From: a candidate division FCPU426 bacterium
Lineage (GTDB): Bacteria; Oederibacteriota; JAAXVQ01; JAUVAV01
DNA length: 17,895 bases
Assembly (NCBI GenBank): GCA_040756875.1
Contig: JBFLYH010000005.1
Location: 1-17,895, forward strand
Direction of reading: 5' to 3'
Shown here: positions 7,801-16,800 of the stretch, piece by piece
Layout: every line of letters starts with the position of its first letter
Numbering within the stretch: the first letter of the stretch is position 1
Position numbers and translations under genes: made by a program
The notes under the pieces: generated by a model
What the model was told of the DNA's origin: nothing
The model's database searches: none
The model's input: the letters and a program-made list of their open reading frames with translations, nothing else

Positions 7801-10800
7801 TGTTCGGCGCCATCATCAAGGCCATCATTCAGGTCGTGGTCACGGTGGTCCTGACCTATGTCATGGGGCCGCTCGGCACCATTTTGGCGGGCGCCATTTT
7901 CGGCGCCATCAATGCGGCCCAAAACGGCGGGAACATCTTCAAGGGCATGGTCATGGGCGCGGCCATGGCCGCGGCTACCATGGTGTTCTCGGCCGTGGCC
8001 AATGCCGTGATGTCCGCCGCCCAGGCGGCCTTCACGACCGGCGCGAACTTCGCCGCCACCTTCGCCTCAAACCTGGCGAAGAGCTTCGACAGTTTCGTCA
8101 GCAGCCTCAAAGCCATCGGCGAAGGCCTGCAGAACATGGCCGGCATGGTGCGGGACATCATCAGCAAATCCCTGACCAAAATCGGCAGCGTAATCATGAA
8201 TGAAACCGGGCTGGCCCAGAAGCTCGGCGTGGTGGGCACGGCCCTGGTCATGCTGGGGGTCAGCGCCCTGGCCAACGGCCTGGCCGAGGGCGCGGTGAAC
8301 AAGCTGGGGTTGAACGTGGACGCCGCGGGCAATGTGGTCAGCACGAGCTTCAGCGACGGGTTCAAAAGCGGGTTCATGTCCTCCCTGGAAGGCGGCATGG
8401 CCGGGCAGTTCGAATCGTCCAGCACGGCCATCATCGCCAATGTGGCGCGGACCGCGATTTCGGCGGCCGTGGAGGACAAGGTGCAGAGCAGCACGGGCAA
8501 CCCGTTCCTGGCGGCGTTCGCCTCCTCCCTGTCCGGCGCCCTGGTGACAGGCCTGGTGGGGATGGTGGCGGATCTGGGCGCCAGCAGCGCCAAGGGGCGG
8601 ACGGACCTGGCCACACCCGGCGGAAATTCCGACACCCAGACCTCGCCAGTGCCCGGCCAGGGGATCGTCGGTCCTGCGGGCACGGGCCTCGAAGAAGGCG
8701 GCGCAACCGGACTGGCCGGCGGGGAAAACAAGCAAAACGCAAACGCCGCCCTGTCCAGCGCCGAACAGACGAGCAGCAGTTCATCCTCCCAGGAAACGTC
8801 GCAACAGCAGGAGATCGCGGACCTTCCCACGAAAGAACAACCCGGCGGAAGCTCCCTCACGCAAGCCCAGGATGCCCAGCGCCTGGCCAAAGGCGAAAAC
8901 CCCCTGGCAGCCGAAAAGAAACAGGCGCTGGCCACGGGCGCGGAATCCTTTGGCGCGGGCGAGAATGCCCAGAGCAGCGGACAGGATTCCTACGTGCAGC
9001 CCGGGTCCGAACCCAAATCGGAATCGTCGGTCAAAGATCTGAGCAGCGGCAACCAGGCCAAGGGCGTGGCCGATCAATCCCAGCAGGCCGCTTCGGGCGC
9101 GACATCTGCGACGACGGCGGAAAAAGCCGAGGGGCTTCAGAATAAATCCCAGGAATCCGCCTCCAGTCAGAGCCAGACAGGAACCACGCCCCGGAGCGCG
9201 AATTTGCCGCTGGCAGACACGCCGCGGTCCGAAGCGCCGGAGGGGAACTACGGAGAACAACCCCAGAGCGCAGAACCCAGCCAGGTTCCAAAAGACTTGG
9301 AAACCGGCTTGCAGGGCAATGCGGCCGCCGCCCAGGAAAAGATGGAGGAAAAGCTGCCGGCGGTTCAGGCTGATGAAGCGGAAAAAGCCAAGCCGGAAAA
9401 AGGTGTGGAAAACGCTCTTCCAGGCGAGCAGACCGGCGGCAAAATCATGCGCCGGGACGGCGAAGTGCCGATGGATAAAACGGTTGAAGGCGGCTCCGGT
9501 GCGCAGGGCGGCGGAGCCGGTGAAGGCGGCGAGGGAAGCAAGGGCGGCCAGGGCCAAAAAGAACAGGCTCAAACCGAAAAAACGGACCAAAAAACCGAAG
9601 GCACTTCGCTGCAGGACTTCGGCCGCAGCCTGTTCGGCACCAGCATTTCCAAGATGGTGACCGAAAGCCTGGCCAGCGGCATACAGGCGGCTTTCGAGCG
9701 CGCCGCAGTGAAGATGTATGTCAACCAGGTGTTCAACGTCAAGGCCATGGCCGAAGAACAGGGCGTGTCCGAGGGCGAAATGCGGGCCCAGTTGGAAGAG
9801 ACCATCAGCCAGGCCTGGTCAAGCCATACCGGTTCGGACGTCAATTTAACCCGCGCCTGGCAGAACCTGAAAAACGCGATGACCTACGGCACGCAGCAGT
9901 ATTACGACGCGCAAGGCCGGAAAGTCATCGAGACCAACACCTTTGGAGACAAGACCTACCAATACGGCAACGGCCAGATTGGGTATGAACCCAAAGGCAC
10001 GGATCTGCGGATGATTGTCGATCCGGCCGGATCCATGCAGATGATCGATCTTAAAACCGGCCAGCCGTTGAGCCAGCTGCCGGAAAATCTCGAAGCAGTG
10101 ACCCAGGGATTGAAGCAAATGGCGGCCAGCTACGCCCAAACCGGGCAAATGGACTGGGCCGCTGGCACCAATCTGGCCCTGTATCAGCTGACCCAGGATC
10201 AGCAATACCTGCAACAGGCCGCCAGTCAGGTCGCCCAGGCGGCTGACAGTGCCTATCACAATCCAAACCTGGCCGCTGGCAACGCCCAGATGCTGGCCAA
10301 GGCAGGGCTGATCGAACCCGCGGCCCTGGCTGCCCGGCAGGCCTTGTACAATGCCGACAGCCTGACCGCCGGACAGGAAGCCCAGGTCAAGCTGAGCGCC
10401 GCGACCGTGCTGGCAGCCAGCGGCCAGGCCGGAGCCCAGGTGGCCCAAGCCCTGAGCGATGTTAAGCAGTATTTAAACGGCCTGGAAGGCAGGCAACTGA
10501 CCGGTGAAGCGCTCTCCCTGGCCGCTAAATACGACGCCCTGGCCCGGCAGACCTCCGCAGCCGATGCCGCCAAAACACCGACCGTCATGGATGCCATGGT
10601 GCGCCAGCTGGCTCCGGCTGTAAACGCGGCCGCAGCCGGCTTGGAAGTTGGCGGGAAAACGGCGATGCCCGGCCTGGAGAACAGCGTAATCGAACGCACA
10701 GAAACCGGCTGTGTCTTGACCCAGCAAGGCAATGACGGAAGCCGCGTTTCCATTGCCTTCGACCCGGGCTTGGCGGCCTCCAGGGTCGAAGTCAGCAACG

Positions 10801-13800
10801 CGGCCGGGCAGTTGCAACAATCCTACCAGGCACAGCCCTGCGGCATGGAACTGACCATGCAGCGGGAACTGGTGAAAGTGGAACTGCCCGGGGGCCGGGA
10901 AAAATACGTGGATGCCCTGGTGCCCGCCGAACGCAAGGGCGCGGTGCAAACGCTGGCCAAGATCGACGGCCAGACCTACGTGCTGACCGTGGGGCAGGAC
11001 AACCAGGCCGAGGCCAAGCCGGCCCACGAGGCTCCGGCGGACCGGACGTTCGCGGATGCCAACCTCCCCCGGGGAAAGCTGGAATTCCGCGGCGACTCCC
11101 TGACCTTCACCCCGGAAGGCGGCCAGGCGCAGACCGCGCAGGGCCGCGTCATTCAGGATGCCGCCGAAGTCAAGGCCCTGGGCTTGATTGCGGTTGAGGC
11201 CGAGGCCCTGGTCGGGAAAACCGCCTATACCCTGGATATGCCCGGACAAAACCCGGTCACTTTTATCGGGTCAGCCGCGGAAATCGCGGCCGGCAACTAC
11301 TACGTGACCAGCGCCAGCCAGGCGCTGGCTGCCAGCTCGGGACAGGAAAACCCGGTAACCTATCTGGCCCAATACCGCAACGGAGTGCTCGGAACGGTTC
11401 ACGTTCAGGACTCCTTCCATACGGCCATTGACTACCAATCCGCGGACCTGGCCAAGTTTACTGTGACGCAAACCAGCGAGGATGGCCAGCGCGTGGCCAG
11501 CCTGAAGTACGATGACCATACCCTGCAGGGATACGAAGTGGAATACAAGGCGTTCGGCGTGACCCTGCAGTACGACGCCCGCGGCAACCTGACCGCGGAA
11601 AATCTGCAGCACCTCCAGAAAAACAGCGGCCAGGGATACACCTTCAAGGCCAACGGCCAGGGCTTCTCGCTGGTGGACAATGCCACGGGCTTCGAACAGT
11701 TCTTCAGCGGCCAGGGCCGGGCGCTGCTCAATACCGGCCAGGGTGGCGGTGGCGGAATCCAGGAAGTGGTCGAGTTCGACGTCAGGGAAACGGTAAGCTT
11801 CGAGGTGGCCAAGTACGAGCAGGGCCGCCTGGGGTCGCAAACAGTGCGCTATGACCAGATCCGACGCGAACACGCCCTGTTGCAGGGTTCGGCCGGGGGC
11901 GTGGTCACCAAGACGCTAATCACCAGCGACGTGTCGGGCACGGTCAACAGCCGGCAGGTCGAAAACGGCAATCTGCTCCAGAGGGAGACAGGGACCTTCA
12001 ACGCCGCGGGCGAACTGGACCATGGCACCCGCCATCTGGTGGCCCGGCTCCTGGAAGGCAAGGACGAGGCCGGCAACCTCGTACGGCGGGAAAACGTCAC
12101 CAGCGACGAACGGTTGATCAGCGGCAAAGTGGCCGAAAGCACGATGCATGTGGATGCGGTGACCGTCAGCAATACGCAAGGCGTGCAGATTCAACACATG
12201 ACTGATATGAATTACAAGAATGGAGAAGTGGTTTCCGCCGCCACCCTGGAGGCCGGACGGCAATACATGACGGGAGTGGCCTATAAAAACGGCAAGCTCG
12301 ACTATGCGGCGACCATGACCATTGCCAACGAGGACGGTAAAACGGCCACAAAGATGGAAGCCGTGACTTTCAACGAAGACGGGACGCTGAAAGCGGCGGA
12401 CCGCTACGAAGCAGGCGTGCAAACCATGACCGGGGTGAAGTTTGGGGCCGAGAACAGGCTGGAATACGCGAAGACTCTGGCCATAGCCGGCGAGAAAGGC
12501 AAACCAGTCACGAAGATGCAGGGCGTGACGTTCAACGCGGACGGGACGTTGAAAGCGGCGGACCGCTACGAAGCAGGCACCCAAACCATGACCGGAGTGA
12601 GGTTCGGAGCGGAGAACCGGGTGGAATATGCAAAGACTCTGGCCATGGCGGGCGAGAAGGGCAAGCCAACGACGAAGATGGAAGGTGTGACTTTCAACGC
12701 GGACGGGACGTTGAAAGCGGCGGACCGCTACGAAGCAGGCGCGCAAACCATGACCGGGGTGAAGTTCGGCGCGGAGAACAGGCTGGAATACGCGAAGACC
12801 CTGACGATTGCGGGCGAAAAGGGCAAAACAGCCACGAAGATGCAGGGGGTGACGTTCAACGCGGACGGGACGTTGAAAGCGGCGGACCGCTACGAAGCAG
12901 GCGCGCAAACCATGACCGGGGTGAAGTTCGGGGCGGAAAACAGACTGGAATACGCGAAGACCCTGACGATTGCGGACGAAAAGGGCAAAACAGCCACGAA
13001 GATGCAGGGGGTGGCCTTCAACGCGGACGGAACGCTGAAAGCGGCGGACCGCTACGAAGCAGGCAGCCAGACCATGACCGGGGTGAAGTTCGGCGCGGAG
13101 AACAGGCTGGAATACGCGAAGACCCTGACCATCGCGGGCGAGAAGGGCAAGCCGGCGACGGAAATGCAGGGGGTGACCTTCAGACCGGATGGGAAGATCG
13201 CCCGGGCGGACCGGATAGAGGAAACCATTGCCCGCCAGGACGTGAAAAACAGCGAGGGCCGGGTGGTGGGCGAGGAACGGGGGATCCATCGCGTCCTGAC
13301 GAACGCTCAATTCGACGAGAAGGGCAACCTGGTCAGCGCCACCCAGAAAGTCCGGATCGATCTCCGTACGGAGTTCAACGCCGAGAAGGGCCTGACCATC
13401 GAGAGCCGGAATATCCGTTCCGAAGCGAGGATCGATGCCGGGAGAGTGGTCGAAAGCCGGACCGAAGTCGCATCCGTCAGGACCCTGAACGCCCACGGGA
13501 AAGTCGTTCAGGAGCAGTTCAACCCCTTTGAGACGCAGTTCGAGGTCAAGGTGGGCGGAAAGAACGTTGTGGTGCAGACCACGCAGACCAAGGAAGGGTC
13601 GCAGGTCACGCTGAACGGCGACAAGGCCCATGCCATTGCCTTGGGCACCGGCGTGCAGGTGACCACGGACGGCAAGTCGCTGTACCTTCAGGACGACCGC
13701 GGCGTGATCCGCCGGTTTACGGCCGAAGGCAAGGAAACCACGGGCTGGTTCAGGGAACGGGCGAACAACTGGCATGAATTCACCGACAAAGCCGGGACCG

Positions 13801-16800
13801 CCTGGAACACCTATGCGGGCCGCCTGGTCAAGCTGGACAACTGGGTGAACAGCAGCAGCGGCGTCGGCCAGGCCGCGTGGCGCGGGTTCGTGCGCGAACT
13901 GGGCGGGGTGGCTTCGCTTGTGGCCTTTGGCGCCAGCACGCTGTTGGACGCGGGCCTGACCCTGGCGGCCCAGACCGTGGGTGCGGTGATCGGCCCGACT
14001 TTGGAATGGTCGATCAATGTTTTTGCCTACCCGGCCGCCATCGCGGTCTATGTGGCCACCGGCAAGTCGCTGGGGCGCGTGATGCTGGACGCGGCCAAGG
14101 ACGGCATTGCCGCGGTCTTCGCCCCGCTGGACGCGAAAATCCAGGCGGCCCAGGGCTGGCTGCTGGACAAGGCGGAAGCCGCGTTGAGCAAGGCCGAGAT
14201 GTCGGACAGCGTCGTGGGCACGGCGTTCTGGGGCGCGGCGGCCGCGGGCCTGAAAGTGTTGGGAGAGAATCTGCCCATTGTCATCATCCTTTCCTTGAAT
14301 GCGCTGCCGTACGTCGGGACGGCCCTGAGCAGCGTTTTGGGCACGGTGCTGCTGGCCAAGGACGCCGTGCTGCACGGCCTGGGCCATATGTTCCAGTCGT
14401 TCTTCATCACTCCCTTCAATAATATATCCGCCGGCCTGTTCCAGATGGCCGACGCGTTGTTCAACCCGCAAGCCAGCGCCATGTCTCAAACCCGGCAGAT
14501 GGTCAATGCCGCGGCGGCCATTGGCAACGGCCTGGTCGGGCTGGTGTTGGCCAAGCAGATGCTGCGGGAACCTTCCGCCGAGGCCAAGGGCGAAAAACTT
14601 GAAACCGGGCTGAGGCCGCTGAAGGAATCCTTGCAGGCCCGGCTGCTGGAGGCGGGACCAGAGGGGCTGGGCGGCGTTCTCAAGCTGAAACTAAGCGAAC
14701 TGGTAAGCAGCGCGCTGAAACTGCCCGAAGGATTGCTGAATAAAACCAGTTGGGGCAAGCTGACCCTGGAAGACGCGGCGTTCAATCTGGGCGGCAACCG
14801 GGTGAGCATCAGGGAACTGCTGACCAACAAGACCGCTTTCCCGGACGGGGCCGTGCAGGTCATGAAGCTGCTCACTGCCCCGGAGTTCCGTTTGAGCAGC
14901 CTGGAATTTGCTTCGGCCGGGCCCAAGGCGCCTTTCCTGCAGCGCCAAGTGGCGGCCCGCTTGGAGCGGGCGATGGACAAGGCGCTGGGCAGAGAGCCGC
15001 AGGCCGGCGCCGGGTCGGCTTACAAACCGCTGACCCAGATCATCAAACCCGGCCAGGTCGGCCTGGCTTTTTCCTTTACCGGCACGCTTCCGGCCATGCG
15101 GGTTTTCGGAACCGCGTTTATCCAGCACCAGGTCCAGCAATTCGTGACCGCCGGCCGGATGATCGCCGGGCTGGGGCGCTGGGTGGGCAACGCGGAGTTC
15201 ATGCAGCCGATCACTGATCGGATTTCCACCCTGATTCAGGGGATGCAAACCTGGGCGGCGCGCGCGTGGGACAGCGCAGCCATGCGCCTGTTCTATCCCG
15301 AACCGCTGCGCGCAGCCGGTCCGGGCGTCGCACAGGCGCTGCGCAGCGGCTCCTGGCGGGAGGCGGGCAGCCAGGCCGCCGGGGCGTTCAAGCAGGTCGG
15401 CGTTGGCCTGAAGCAAGCCGTGGCTGACCTGCCGCAGGCTTTGCGAAGCAGATCCGAAGCAGTGCTGAAGCCCGCGGAACGCGCCGTGGCGCGCGAAAAC
15501 GGTGCCCTGGCCCGTACGGGCATGGCCGAGAGTCCGGCCGACCGTCCGTTAAAAACCGAAAGCCCGGCCGGCCAGCGGAACGAAACCGGCGGGCTTGCAA
15601 GCCAGCAGCGGAGCGAACCCGCCGCCAAGACCTCCGGAACCAAAGGCGAGGCTGTGGCCGCGGCCAAGCCGGAGGCGGTCAATGCGAAACCTGAAAGCAA
15701 ATCCGGGGCGGCAGGCAGAACCGAATCAGCGGAATTGGCCAAAGCGAGGTCCGAAGTCGAGCACTTCCAGAAAGAACTGACGCAAGCACGTTTGAGTTTG
15801 GCTGAGGCGCGTCAGGCGGACAGGCCGCAAGCCGAGATCAACCGCCTGGAACAGCGGGTGGAAAAAACCGAAGGCGCCCTGCAACGCGCCCAGAAGCAGG
15901 CGTTTGACCAGAAGGTCTTGGACTTGCAGGCGCAAAAACAGCAGGCCGCCGGAACGGACGCCGGGCAGGGGCGTTCGCCGCTGGAAAGGGCCAAAGCCCG
16001 TATGGAGGAAGCGGCGCTGGACGGCGAGATCCGCATGACCGAGCTGGAGTCCCGGGCCTCGGCCCTGGCGCACGAAATACGCGGCCTGGAAATCCGGGCG
16101 GCAACCGAACCTTCCGTTAAAGCCCGGCTGGAAAACCTGAAAAACGAGCTGGAAGGCCTGCGCAACGAGCAGGCCCGGCAGCAGCAATGGCAGGAGGCGT
16201 CCCTCCAGGCCGGGCAGGCCCAAGTCAGGCGGCTGGAACTGGGGACGCAGTTGGGCGAAGCGCGGGCCGCGCAAACCGAGGCCGCGGCGACGCCTGAAGC
16301 CCGCAAGGCGGCCGAGCTGAAAGCCCGGCGGATCGAAAAAGAAATGCGCCAGGTTGAACTCGAACAACAGGCCGCCGAAGCCGGACAGCGGGTGCTGGAA
16401 TTCCAGGCCGAGCTGGCCAGGGCCCAGACCACAAGGGACTTTACGCGGGCATTGGACAAATTGACCGGTGCAGAGCGGGCGCTGGCCCAGACCCAGTTCA
16501 AGCTGGCCCAGGCGGAGCGGCAAACTGAACGCGCCGGCCGGGCCGAGTCCAAGGCCGCGGTGCCGGAAATGCTGCGGCAGGCGGCGGCTGATTCCAAGTC
16601 AGGCCTTGGCAGCCGGGAGATGCGCCAGGGCGTGGAAGCTGTGGCCAAGGAACAATCGCCGGGGAATAAAAGAGTGCGGGACGCGGTGACCAAGGCCATA
16701 GCCGAGCTGATCAACGGAAAAGCGGCTGACCCCGCGGAAGCCCTGCGGGTGCTGGAACGCGGCACCGGCAGCCTGCAGCAGGTGCTGGAATCCATGGCTC

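Noticed and set aside
12348-13214. Possible CRISPR array or DGR template/variable repeat
   Set aside because: The units are contiguous in-frame 162-bp coding repeats without unique spacers. Differences are not adenine-specific, and no cas or reverse transcriptase gene is in the window.
11916-14489. 857-aa minus-strand ORF, and other long minus-strand ORFs (4926-6449, 7856-8935, 15812-17212, etc.)
   Set aside because: These are antisense shadows of the GC-rich giant + strand gene. Their composition is unnatural and their repeats merely mirror the + strand array.
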